Below are positions 1 to 8,543 of a DNA stretch of 64,000 nt, one piece after another (position 1 is the first letter of the stretch; each line of letters begins with the position of its first letter). The position numbers and the translations under genes were made by a program. The notes below the pieces were generated by a model. It ran no database searches. It was not told where the DNA came from and was given only the letters and a program-made list of their open reading frames with translations. The stretch is from Coprothermobacterota bacterium (lineage in GTDB: Bacteria > Coprothermobacterota > Coprothermobacteria > Coprothermobacterales > Coprothermobacteraceae): the NCBI GenBank assembly GCA_036679065.1, contig JAZIGN010000003.1:576001-640000 (forward strand), in the 5' to 3' direction.

Positions 1-2
1 GC

Positions 3-341
3 TACATAAACTATGCCAAAAAAGGTACCACATTCATAGTGAACGAGGCTAAGATGGTTCCTGTATCGGCAAACCTGGGTAGCACTGTTTATCCGCCTTC
101 AGAAGAGATTCGCAAAAACCTAGAGGAGTTTGGGCCTTGTCATATGTTTGATGCTACGGCCTTGGCAAAGAGCCTGGGAAGTACCATTTACGTGAACAGT
201 ATCATGCTGGGAAAGACTGCTTCTGTGCTGTCATTCTTACTTCCTAAAGAAGTCATTGAAAGAGCGCTTGAAGAAGTGCTGCCAAGAGACCTCGAAAACA
301 ACTTAAAGGCTTTTGATTTAGGCTACCAAGTTAGTCAGTAA
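3..341 (+). CDS. iorB: Indolepyruvate/2-oxoacid:ferredoxin oxidoreductase beta/gamma subunit (5' truncated by window edge)
   Basis: Frame is open from the window start (YINYAKKGTTFIVN). C-terminal motifs DATALAKSLG...NSIMLG...NLKAFDLG are typical of the POR-gamma/IorB family. Confidence 0.75.
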   Translation, partial: YINYAKKGTTFIVNEAKMVPVSANLGSTVYPPSEEIRKNLEEFGPCHMFDATALAKSLGSTIYVNSIMLGKTASVLSFLLPKEVIERALEEVLPRDLENNLKAFDLGYQVSQ

Positions 342-372
342 TTTGGAATTTTAACAGCGCTCATCTGTTGTA

Positions 373-399
373 TATACCCCCCTCCATGGGGGGTATAAT
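373..399 (+). promoter_or_regulatory. CsoR/CstR-type operator overlapping the -10 box
   Basis: Perfect 10-bp inverted repeat TATACCCCCC-tccat-GGGGGGTATA (373-397) overlapping TATAAT (394-399), directly upstream of a CsoR-family gene. Confidence 0.8.
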
Positions 400-417
400 A
401 TTTTTGGTGATGCTTCT

Positions 418-684
418 ATGAAAACAAATGACGGACCTGCTTATGGAGATGAAGTACTTCAAATGGTTAAAACAGCTGTAGGGCAACTTTCTGCGGTGGA
501 ACGCATGCTTTCTGATGGTGTTTGCTGCACTGAGGTCGCTACTCAAATTGCTGCTGTGCAGGGGCTCATGAAGAAAATAGTTTCTCTTATGGTCCGAGAT
601 CGTATGGCTAAATGCTTACCTGAGAAAGGCAGCGAAGAATTATCAAAAGCTTTGCAGGTCCTGATTGAAAAAACAAGTAAGTAA
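418..684 (+). CDS. CsoR/RcnR/CstR-family metal- or sulfur-sensing repressor
   Basis: 88-aa helical protein with the GQ...M...C.EV.TQIAAV...C pattern of the family, and a GC-tract operator upstream. Confidence 0.85.
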   Translation: MKTNDGPAYGDEVLQMVKTAVGQLSAVERMLSDGVCCTEVATQIAAVQGLMKKIVSLMVRDRMAKCLPEKGSEELSKALQVLIEKTSK

Positions 685-727
685 AACAATCAATGTGTAT
701 GTAAATCAGAGAGGAGTGTATGAGCAG

Positions 728-1912
728 GTGAGAGCTTATTTTGACCACTGCAGATCCACTTATGTGGATAAAAGGGTTATTGATGAAATGATACCATGGT
801 GGACCGAGAAGTACTGGGCCCCGTCTTCCTTTACCTATACCGGAACTACGGCCGCAGAAGCTATTGAGAACAGCCAGACGGTTTACGCAAAGTTCTTTGG
901 AGGAAAACCTGACGAGGTTCACTTTGCACCCAGCCACGCTGTGGCCAATAACATTGCCATCCAGGGTGTACTTAATAACGTTGAAAGTGGTACGGTTCCC
1001 CACGTCATAACAACCTCTATTGAACACGGAACTACCATGGATTTGGTGAAGCAACTTGAGAAGCTCGGGAAAATCAAAGTTACTTACTTACCGGTGGATT
1101 CAAACGGCTTAGTGGATTTAGATGCGCTAAGTGCGAGTCTTGAAAAAGATACGGTGCTTGTAACCATGGCTGCTGTGAACTACATGGTGGGTACTATTCA
1201 ACCGGTTAAGGATATTAGTAAGATTATCAGGGACGTAAACCCAGAAGTGCTTATTCATTATGATTTGACCTGGGCTTTAGGAAGATTGCCAGATCTTGCT
1301 TTAGCACCCTATGCTGACATTATTACGGCCAGCATAGAAAGAATACATGGTCCAAAAGGTGTCACGGCCTTGTGGGTGAAAAAAGGCGTACCTGTAAAAG
1401 GTCCCATATACGGTAGTCAGGCTTATTCGAGAATTGTCCCTGGTACCCCTGACGTGCCATCCATTGTGGGTGCTGCAAAAGCATTGGAGCTTATGCAAGA
1501 CGGATTGGAACAGAAGATAGAACACATGAAACACATACGCAATCGTTTGATCAATGAAACCATGGAACTGGTTCCAGAAACATTGCTAAACGGTCCTGAG
1601 GGGGACTTAAGGTCGCCTAGCAATGTCTGTCTCACCTTTAGATATGTGGAAGGCGAATCAGTGGAGATGTACCTGGATATGGAAGATATAACGGTGGATA
1701 CTGGCTCCGCCTGTGCAAATCCATTCTTAGAGGCAAACCACGTCATACTTGCCATGTACGGAGACTATGAAAGGGCTCACGGTGCCATCAGGATGACCTT
1801 TACGTGGACCACCACTGATGAAGAAGTAGACAAATTCTTGGAAGTAATTCCAGGTATTGTGGCAAAGCTTCGCAAGATTAGTCCGTTAGCACCAAAGGTT
1901 TATAAGGAGTGA
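728..1912 (+). CDS. IscS/NifS-like class V aminotransferase-fold protein with the PLP lysine replaced by Arg
   Basis: Motifs YFD, HVITTSIEH, HGPKG, PGT, TGSAC and GAIRMTF. Likely GTG start at 728 after GAGGAG; the ORF track starts it at 665. Confidence 0.85.
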   Translation: MRAYFDHCRSTYVDKRVIDEMIPWWTEKYWAPSSFTYTGTTAAEAIENSQTVYAKFFGGKPDEVHFAPSHAVANNIAIQGVLNNVESGTVPHVITTSIEHGTTMDLVKQLEKLGKIKVTYLPVDSNGLVDLDALSASLEKDTVLVTMAAVNYMVGTIQPVKDISKIIRDVNPEVLIHYDLTWALGRLPDLALAPYADIITASIERIHGPKGVTALWVKKGVPVKGPIYGSQAYSRIVPGTPDVPSIVGAAKALELMQDGLEQKIEHMKHIRNRLINETMELVPETLLNGPEGDLRSPSNVCLTFRYVEGESVEMYLDMEDITVDTGSACANPFLEANHVILAMYGDYERAHGAIRMTFTWTTTDEEVDKFLEVIPGIVAKLRKISPLAPKVYKE

Positions 1913-1919
1913 TTTGAGC

Positions 1920-2558
1920 ATGTCGATAAAATACAATCCTAAAGTAATTGAACATTTTAAAAACCCACATAACCAAGGGGTTATAGAAAATCCTGATGCG
2001 GAAGCTCTTGTGGGAAGCCCCGCATGTGGGGATCAGATAGCCATTTATTTGAAGATAAACAACGATGTCATCGAGGACATAAAATTTGAGTCCTACGGTT
2101 GTGCCAGCAACATAGCTACAGCTTCCATTGTTACTGATTTGGCGAAGGGGAAGACCTTAGAAGAAGCACTGTCCATTAAGTGGACAGAGGCAGTTCAGGA
2201 ACTTGGAGGACTTCCTCCTGTTAAGTACCATTGTTCAGTGCTTGCTGTGGACGGTTTAAGAGCGGCTATCAAGGACTATCTTAGAAAAACGGGTCGTCTT
2301 CCTGAAGAAGAGCTTAGCTCCGATTTAGTGCGGGAGGAACTTTACCATGTGATTTACCCGCCTCAGGGTTTGGACATAGTGTCTTTGAAGCGTGTAAAAT
2401 ACATTGGAGTTGACGATGGGAAAGTCAGAATAGAAATTTCCTTTGCTCACGATGATCCCTATTTGCAGGAAATTATCGATGAGATAAAAGAAAAAGTCTC
2501 TGACTTGTCCGGAGTAAAAGACATTGAAGTAGTAAATCAGGGAAGGGGTGATCTTTAG
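1920..2558 (+). CDS. iscU: IscU/NifU-type Fe-S scaffold fused to a C-terminal DUF59-like domain
   Basis: HFKNPHN, GSPACGD, FESYGCAS and LPPVKYHC motifs. The C-terminal 80 aa (VREELYHVIYPPQGLDIVSL...) resemble DUF59/SufT. Confidence 0.85.
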   Translation: MSIKYNPKVIEHFKNPHNQGVIENPDAEALVGSPACGDQIAIYLKINNDVIEDIKFESYGCASNIATASIVTDLAKGKTLEEALSIKWTEAVQELGGLPPVKYHCSVLAVDGLRAAIKDYLRKTGRLPEEELSSDLVREELYHVIYPPQGLDIVSLKRVKYIGVDDGKVRIEISFAHDDPYLQEIIDEIKEKVSDLSGVKDIEVVNQGRGDL

Positions 2559-2560
2559 AG

Positions 2561-3070
2561 ATGCAGGTACAGGTGATTTATGTTAGCAGGCATGGAGCTT
2601 CAAAGCGTTATGCTGAAGCCATTGCTGAAGCACTTGATGGTGAAGCTCAATCGGTGGAACAAGTGGAGTCTTTTTGGGGAGATGCCATTGTCTTCGTTGC
2701 CGGGGTGTACAACCACAAATTAAATCCAGACATGTTGGAGTTCATACAGGCACACAGAAGTGATCTTTATGGAAGAATGTGGGCCGGTGTGGCTATCAGT
2801 CTCATCGAAGACGAAAGAGCATGGAATGGTGAAAAAATAGGCGGACTCATCTATGTGCGACAGTACTTGGGTCTATTTGATAGGCCTCCTTTGGCTCTTG
2901 CCAATTTCCCAGGGGCTGTAGATCTAGATCAGCTTACCGAAGAAGAAAAGTCAAATATTCAAGAAGTGTTTCAAATCATGGGTGAGGATCCTCATTCAGT
3001 GGACAATGTAGACACCGAGAAGGTTTGGACATTATCTAACCGCATAAAAGAAATAGCTCGTCAGTGCTAA
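2561..3070 (+). CDS. Flavodoxin-like domain protein (HemG/flavodoxin_5-like)
   Basis: N-terminal VIYVSRHGASKRYAEAIAEAL resembles an FMN P-loop; alpha/beta pattern. Confidence 0.7.
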   Translation: MQVQVIYVSRHGASKRYAEAIAEALDGEAQSVEQVESFWGDAIVFVAGVYNHKLNPDMLEFIQAHRSDLYGRMWAGVAISLIEDERAWNGEKIGGLIYVRQYLGLFDRPPLALANFPGAVDLDQLTEEEKSNIQEVFQIMGEDPHSVDNVDTEKVWTLSNRIKEIARQC

Positions 3071-3082
3071 TGATCACAGGAA

Positions 3083-3126
3083 TATAAAAAGGGCTCCCAG
3101 AAGCAAACTGGGAGCCTTTTTTATAT
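3083..3126. terminator. Bidirectional intrinsic terminator
   Basis: aaaaa-gggctcccag-loop-ctgggagcc-tttttt between convergent genes. Confidence 0.85.
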
Positions 3127-3150
3127 ATTCTTAATGGTTCTTGCTGTTAT

Positions 3151-3852
3151 TCAGAGTAGTGCGTTTTTGACATAGTCAAGCATCAGGTTCTCTGGTACGG
3201 CACCTTCCACCTCTATTTTTTCGTTTATGACAGTCTTTGGAACACCGTAGACGTTCCAGCGGTTTGTAAGTTCTTCAAACTCGCTGGCTTCTATCATATT
3301 TCCTGTGAAATTTGGGTTCAAATAAGCAAACTGGTGAGCTGTGAAGACTGCTTTGGGACAATAGGGGCAAGTAGGTGTTACGAACACATCCATTGTAATC
3401 TTAGTGTTTATGGCAGCCAGTTGAGGTAGCAAAGCTTTATTAAGTTTCACATTACCTGTTGAAAGCAGTATGATGTCGTCCAGAAGTGTTGCAAACTCAT
3501 ATCCGGCCGGAATGCCATAGAACCAAATGTTGTAGTGTTTTTCTTGTCCATCATCTTCTAAGACAGAGAATGTTATCGCTGGGTACATGAAACCGAGCGA
3601 ATCTTTCTTTAGGCCGTATTCTTGAGCAGTTTCAGGTTGCTTCAGCGGGTCGATCAAAACCAAGGAAAGTTTATCAGTTGTAGCCACAAGATCTGACATA
3701 AGTTCTTTTACTTCGTTGCAATACATACATTCACGACGTCCGGGCACGATAATATCACTTTCAGGTAAAAATGTAATTACCTTTACTGTTTTGTTCATGA
3801 CAGCGAGTCTTTTTTGGACCTCTTTTTTGTCAGATTCTTTCAAAATTGCCAT
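3151..3852 (-). CDS. Protein disulfide oxidoreductase (PDO, AhpF-NTD-like, two thioredoxin folds)
   Basis: CMYC and TPTCPYC motifs, FYGIPAGYEF, VYGVPKTVIN. ATG at 3852 follows an AGGAGGTG RBS. Confidence 0.9.
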   Translation of the reverse strand: MAILKESDKKEVQKRLAVMNKTVKVITFLPESDIIVPGRRECMYCNEVKELMSDLVATTDKLSLVLIDPLKQPETAQEYGLKKDSLGFMYPAITFSVLEDDGQEKHYNIWFYGIPAGYEFATLLDDIILLSTGNVKLNKALLPQLAAINTKITMDVFVTPTCPYCPKAVFTAHQFAYLNPNFTGNMIEASEFEELTNRWNVYGVPKTVINEKIEVEGAVPENLMLDYVKNALL

Positions 3853-3886
3853 GCAGGCACCTCCTACTTTAATAACTCCGTAAATT

Positions 3887-3920
3887 ATTATACCCGTATA
3901 CCCCACGGGGTATACGGGTA
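3887..3920 (-). promoter_or_regulatory. Second CsoR/CstR-type operator overlapping the -10 box of the PDO gene
   Basis: Perfect 14-bp inverted repeat TACCCGTATACCCC-ac-GGGGTATACGGGTA (3891-3920); minus-strand TATAAT at 3887-3892. Confidence 0.75.
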
Positions 3921-3948
3921 CGGGTTTACTTTTTTGGTGAAAAACCTT

Positions 3949-5937
3949 TTATTCTGCTTTCTCTTTTTCTAATATGGCTTTCCGCTTTTCGATGATTTGT
4001 TCAGCAATGTTGGGTGGTACTTCTTCGTAACGTACAAATTCCGTGTTGTAGATGCCACGCCCTCCGGTAATGGACATAAAATCTTTAGCATACTCAATAA
4101 TCTCTGCGTAAGGTACTTCAGCGGTGATGACTTGCCATTTTCCTTCAGCACTGATTCCAAGGACTCTACCTCTGCGAGCATTTATGTCACCCATTATGTC
4201 ACCTACCAATTCCTCTGGAACTTTAATGGTGATTTTGTAAATGGGTTCCAGAAGAATGGGCTTTGCGTTCATGAAAGCTTCTTGGAATGCTAAAGATCCA
4301 GCAATTTGGAAAGCCATATCTGAAGAATCTACTGGGTGGTACTTTCCGTCGAACAACTTTACGTGTACATCAACAACGGGGTATCCGGCAATAACGCCTC
4401 TGCTCATACGCTCACGTATGCCTTTATCTACGGAAGGTATGTAGTTGTTGGGTATGGCTCCTCCAAAAATGGCATCTTCAAATTCGTAGCCAGCTGATCT
4501 TTCAGTAGGCCAAATTTCTATGAACACTACTCCGTACTGACCGTGACCGCCCGTTTGCTTTACGTATCTACCCTGGGCTTGCGCTCGCCCTTTTATGGTT
4601 TCTCTGTAAGGTACTTCTCGTGGTGCCAAAGTCACTTCAACGTGATAGCGATCATGTAGTTTTCCTAATATTGCATTCAACTGCATTTCTCCTTGAACTT
4701 CGATAACTGTTTGCTTCATTTCGCGATCGTAGAAAACTATGAAGGAAGGATCTTCTGTTTGTATTTTATGTAAACTACTTAGCAACTTCTCCTGGTCTGA
4801 TTTTGTTTTAGGTTCAATGGCTTTTGGAAGAAGTGGTTGTGGTACATCAAGGCGTGGTACATCCACTTTCACGTTGGGTGTACAGAGTACAGAGTTAGTT
4901 GCCAATTCCTCTACCTTAACTATGGCGCCGATGTCGGGAGCTGCAACTGTGTCTGCATCGACTATTTTCTTACCCACGATGAATGAAACCTTGGGTACGG
5001 TTATCAACTGTTCTGTGTCTGGATTCCATAGCTGAGATCCCGTAGTAAGTGATCCCTTCAACATCTTTATAACGCTTATGCGACCCACATAAGGGTCCAT
5101 ATAAGTTTTCAGGACTATACCCACGGTGTCAGCATCAGGAAAATCAGGCACAGGTAGAGGAGATACATTCTCTGAAAGGAAATCCAGAACATTCTCTAGG
5201 CCGCTATCATTGATGCATGAGCCTGCCATTATTGGGAAGAAATCTCCGTTTGCCATGGCACTCTTGAAGCACCTGCTAAGCTCCTCCTGGGTAATCTCTT
5301 CTCCGGACAAGTACTTTTCTAATACAACATCATCAGCTTCTGCCACTGCATCTAGAACCATTTCTTTGTACTCAGCTGCAGCGTTTCTTAGTTCTTCTGG
5401 TAAGCCTGACAAATCGTCAAAGACGCTAACAGCTTTATCATTAGCATGCACAGTTAAAGGTGCAGCCCTGTTGGAGAGTAGTGAACGTATTTGATCAACT
5501 ATTCTACTTTGATCTGCCTCGGCCTTATCCATTTTATTTAGGAAGAACAATGCCGGTTTCTTCTGTTCAAGGTTTAGGTAATAATCCCAAAGCATTTCTG
5601 TAGTAACACCGATGTCAGATGAACCGTCCACCACGAATAGAACTGCGTCAGAAAACTTGATTGCCGACATGGAATCCATTTTGAAGTCCAAGAAACCTGG
5701 TGTATCTAAAAAATTGATTTTTACGTTTTTCCAAACTAGTGGTTCCACTGTCAGGTTGATGGAAATCTGTCTCTCCTGTTCAAAGGGATCAAAGTCGCTC
5801 ACAGTGTTTTTCGACTCGACCTTGCCTGGTTTGTCGATCACCCCTGCCTTTGCTAATAGGTTCTCTACAAGAGTTGTTTTACCACTCTTTACTGACCCCA
5901 CTACAGCAACAGTAATTGTTTTTTCAGATAACCCCAT
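3949..5937 (-). CDS. Elongation factor G-like protein (EF-G2 subfamily)
   Basis: GSVKSGKT, DTPGFLDF, NKMD, VPYRETI, KQTGGHGQYG, HPVDSSDMAF and LLEP motifs; 662 aa. Confidence 0.9.
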   Translation of the reverse strand: MGLSEKTITVAVVGSVKSGKTTLVENLLAKAGVIDKPGKVESKNTVSDFDPFEQERQISINLTVEPLVWKNVKINFLDTPGFLDFKMDSMSAIKFSDAVLFVVDGSSDIGVTTEMLWDYYLNLEQKKPALFFLNKMDKAEADQSRIVDQIRSLLSNRAAPLTVHANDKAVSVFDDLSGLPEELRNAAAEYKEMVLDAVAEADDVVLEKYLSGEEITQEELSRCFKSAMANGDFFPIMAGSCINDSGLENVLDFLSENVSPLPVPDFPDADTVGIVLKTYMDPYVGRISVIKMLKGSLTTGSQLWNPDTEQLITVPKVSFIVGKKIVDADTVAAPDIGAIVKVEELATNSVLCTPNVKVDVPRLDVPQPLLPKAIEPKTKSDQEKLLSSLHKIQTEDPSFIVFYDREMKQTVIEVQGEMQLNAILGKLHDRYHVEVTLAPREVPYRETIKGRAQAQGRYVKQTGGHGQYGVVFIEIWPTERSAGYEFEDAIFGGAIPNNYIPSVDKGIRERMSRGVIAGYPVVDVHVKLFDGKYHPVDSSDMAFQIAGSLAFQEAFMNAKPILLEPIYKITIKVPEELVGDIMGDINARRGRVLGISAEGKWQVITAEVPYAEIIEYAKDFMSITGGRGIYNTEFVRYEEVPPNIAEQIIEKRKAILEKEKAE

Positions 5938-5977
5938 ACCGGAAAACCTCCATTTTTTAAGGCTTTGTTAACACATT

Positions 5978-6448
5978 CTACTTTTCCATTATATCATGCA
6001 ATTTCTCCTTTATCTCGAACGCTCCTACATCATCTTGAGCAAGAACAAAGACCGTATCATCACCAGCTATGCTCCCAATGGCTTTCTTTAGCTGCAAGGA
6101 ATCTATAGCACGTGCTACGCTTCTTGCTGTGCCGGGTACCGTTTTTATAACCAATATGGGGGAGCGGTACTGCATGTCCAAAATACTTTTCTTTACAATG
6201 GTTACAATACGTTCGTCAATAGTCAGTGAAGTTGCCTCAGGCAATGTATACTCATAGGTACCATCAGGTAAGAATACTTTCATTGCTCCTATTTTTTTGA
6301 GGTCCCTTGATACTGTACTTTGGGTGACTTTAAACCCAGCTTGCTTTAATTTCTCCACTAACTCCTGCTGGGTAGATGTAGGTTCTGTCTTGATGATCTC
6401 TCGAAGCGTCTTAAGTCTTTCCGCTGTAGTTCTCTTGCTCCGTTCCAT
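5978..6448 (-). CDS. argR: Arginine repressor
   Basis: TQQELVEKL...VTQSTVSRDL winged HTH and GSIAGDDTVF arginine-binding motif. Confidence 0.93.
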   Translation of the reverse strand: MERSKRTTAERLKTLREIIKTEPTSTQQELVEKLKQAGFKVTQSTVSRDLKKIGAMKVFLPDGTYEYTLPEATSLTIDERIVTIVKKSILDMQYRSPILVIKTVPGTARSVARAIDSLQLKKAIGSIAGDDTVFVLAQDDVGAFEIKEKLHDIMEK

Positions 6449-6464
6449 GGTGTACCTCCTATAT

Positions 6465-6482
6465 TAGGAATATTTATACATT
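6465..6482. promoter_or_regulatory. Putative ARG box (argR autoregulation)
   Basis: taggaatatttatacatt resembles the WNTGAATWWWWATTCANW consensus and lies just upstream of the argR RBS. Confidence 0.45.
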
Positions 6483-6536
6483 CACTTTTACATTTTACAC
6501 CATGGTTACTCAAATATGAAATGTATAATAAGGTTA

Positions 6537-7769
6537 ATGCAAATTATCGCTGCCCTAAGAAGATACAGAACAGCGCTAACAGAGAATCCTGCGCCGCTGC
6601 TATGGTTTTCTGTTGCTAGTTTTTTGTATTTCATGGGTTTTTCGTTTTACTTCACAGTTTTTAACTTGTACTTATCTGAAATTGGTTTTACTCAGTCTGT
6701 GATTGGTACGGTGCTAAGTGCACGCTCATTTGGGTCTGTGTTAATGACCATACCAGCTGCCCTTATAGTAAACAAAATAGGTTACCGTTATAACTTTCTA
6801 ACTGCCATGGGCCTTGCTGTTGCTGTCCAGGTTTTGATCCTCCTAACAAAGTCAGTTCCCATGTTGGTATTATTAGGGGGGCTCTTGGGAACGGCAGATG
6901 CTTTGTTCATGATAGGGATTTCCCCGTTTATTATGGACCACACCAAAGAGGAGTATAGGAATGAACTTTTTTCCTTGAACAATGCATTGCAGACCTTTGC
7001 TTTTGCTGGCGGTTCTTTTCTTACATTTATCTCTGGTTTCCTGGGTGTAAAAGACCCTATTGCCCTTTATAGGGGAATTATGTGGACTGGTGTTTTGTGT
7101 GCTTCCTTAGGCATGGTAATTGTAACCTTAAGGGTGCACACATCATTACGAACATCACTGAGTAATCCTTTCACCAGAGAGAGGCTTGGTAGCCTTCGTG
7201 GGTTTACGCCTTTACTTATCGTGCTCATTGTACCAAGAACTTTAGTTGGTCTCGGCGCAAGTTTGATTATTCCATTCATGAATCTCTACTTTAAGGATAT
7301 TTTCGCTTTACCCGGTCCCCAGATTGGGCTCATCTACACTTTTGGTCAGTTAGCCACGGCGGCTGGGATGTTATTAGTTCCGCTAGTAGTAAGACGCCTC
7401 GGCAAAGTACGTACAGTAGTAATCACAGAGCTTTTCTCTTTACCGTTCATGTTTATCCTCGCAAAAGCTGGCTCTCTGGCATACGCTATACCATCTTTTC
7501 TCATTAGGCAAGCCCTTATGAACATGTCTACACCGGTTTCTCAGCAGTTTAATATGGAGATAACGCCTGTCCATTTTAGAACTATAACCAACGGGCTTAT
7601 GAGCATGGGGGATAATCTATCACGTGCTTTAGGTTCGCTCATTGCTGGTTACATAATTCAATACAGAGGATATTCCTACTCTTTCTATGCAGCCATGGTT
7701 CTGTATTTTATATCGGCTGTTTTTTATTATGTCTTTCTTTCTCCTTGGGATCGAAAAGGGAGTTCATAA
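6537..7769 (+). CDS. MFS transporter
   Basis: About 12 hydrophobic segments and MFS loop motifs (VNKIGYR, VRRLGKVR). ATG 6537 lies 7 nt after TATAAT. Confidence 0.85.
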   Translation: MQIIAALRRYRTALTENPAPLLWFSVASFLYFMGFSFYFTVFNLYLSEIGFTQSVIGTVLSARSFGSVLMTIPAALIVNKIGYRYNFLTAMGLAVAVQVLILLTKSVPMLVLLGGLLGTADALFMIGISPFIMDHTKEEYRNELFSLNNALQTFAFAGGSFLTFISGFLGVKDPIALYRGIMWTGVLCASLGMVIVTLRVHTSLRTSLSNPFTRERLGSLRGFTPLLIVLIVPRTLVGLGASLIIPFMNLYFKDIFALPGPQIGLIYTFGQLATAAGMLLVPLVVRRLGKVRTVVITELFSLPFMFILAKAGSLAYAIPSFLIRQALMNMSTPVSQQFNMEITPVHFRTITNGLMSMGDNLSRALGSLIAGYIIQYRGYSYSFYAAMVLYFISAVFYYVFLSPWDRKGSS

Positions 7770-8121
7770 GAGCTTCTAGCGTTTCAGTGTGTAGAAAATG
7801 TTCCATTTTGCAGGCATCCAATTCTGCAATATCTTCAGGAGTACCGCTCTTAATGAGTATTTCTTTTATAGCTTCGTGTCTCCTTAAGATGGCTTTTGCC
7901 TTTTCAGTACCCTGCTTAGTTAGGAAAATCTTTTTGTAAGGTTCTCTTGTAACTAGCCCTTTTTCCTGCAGCTTTTTTACCATTAAACTAACCGTTGGTT
8001 TTGCCAACACCAAAGCTTTACATAATTCGGAAACAGTAACGCCTTGGTCCCTGTGTGGGCTGCGGTAAATAGCTTCTATGATATCTTCTTCCCGTTGTGT
8101 GGGTGCTGTGTCTTCTACCAT
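7708..8121 (-). CDS. DtxR/MntR-family metal-dependent transcriptional regulator
   Basis: REEDIIEAIY...AKPTVSLMVKKL...RRHE...DACKMEH motifs. Confidence 0.88.
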   Translation of the reverse strand: MVEDTAPTQREEDIIEAIYRSPHRDQGVTVSELCKALVLAKPTVSLMVKKLQEKGLVTREPYKKIFLTKQGTEKAKAILRRHEAIKEILIKSGTPEDIAELDACKMEHFLHTETLEALMNSLFDPKEKERHNKKQPI

Positions 8122-8216
8122 GTTAAATACATTTTAGCAAATACCCTTGCTTTAACACCCCAGAGGTGTATAATGAAAGTGCCCCTAAAATAGGGGAAGA
8201 AAGAAGAGGTAAGAAA

Positions 8217-8420
8217 ATGTACGCAGGAACAGTTAAGTGGTTTGACGCTCAGAAGGGTTATGGGTTTATTACCCGCGACGATGGTGAAGGAGACGTTTTT
8301 GTTCACTTCTCAGCAATTGAAGGCGATGGCTTTAAGACGCTTAATGAAGGCGAAAAGGTTGAATTCGAAGTTTCCAGAGGCGCTAAGGGGCCTCAAGCAG
8401 CTCACGTTGTAAAGAAATAA
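8217..8420 (+). CDS. csp: Cold-shock protein, copy 1
   Basis: GTVKWFD, KGYGFI (RNP1), DVFVHFSAI (RNP2); own -10 TATAAT at 8169-8174. Confidence 0.96.
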   Translation: MYAGTVKWFDAQKGYGFITRDDGEGDVFVHFSAIEGDGFKTLNEGEKVEFEVSRGAKGPQAAHVVKK

Positions 8421-8444
8421 ACATTTGCAACGATAGAAGCTCGA

Positions 8445-8474
8445 AAGGGCGGCATAGGCCGCCCTTGTTTTTTT
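8445..8474 (+). terminator. Intrinsic terminator after csp copy 1
   Basis: aagggcggc-atag-gccgccctt followed by a T-run. Confidence 0.85.
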
Positions 8475-8543
8475 ATTATGTGTTGTTATATAATATGCTC
8501 AGCCCCTACATATGGAGGGGTAAACGTTACAGGAGGTACAAAG

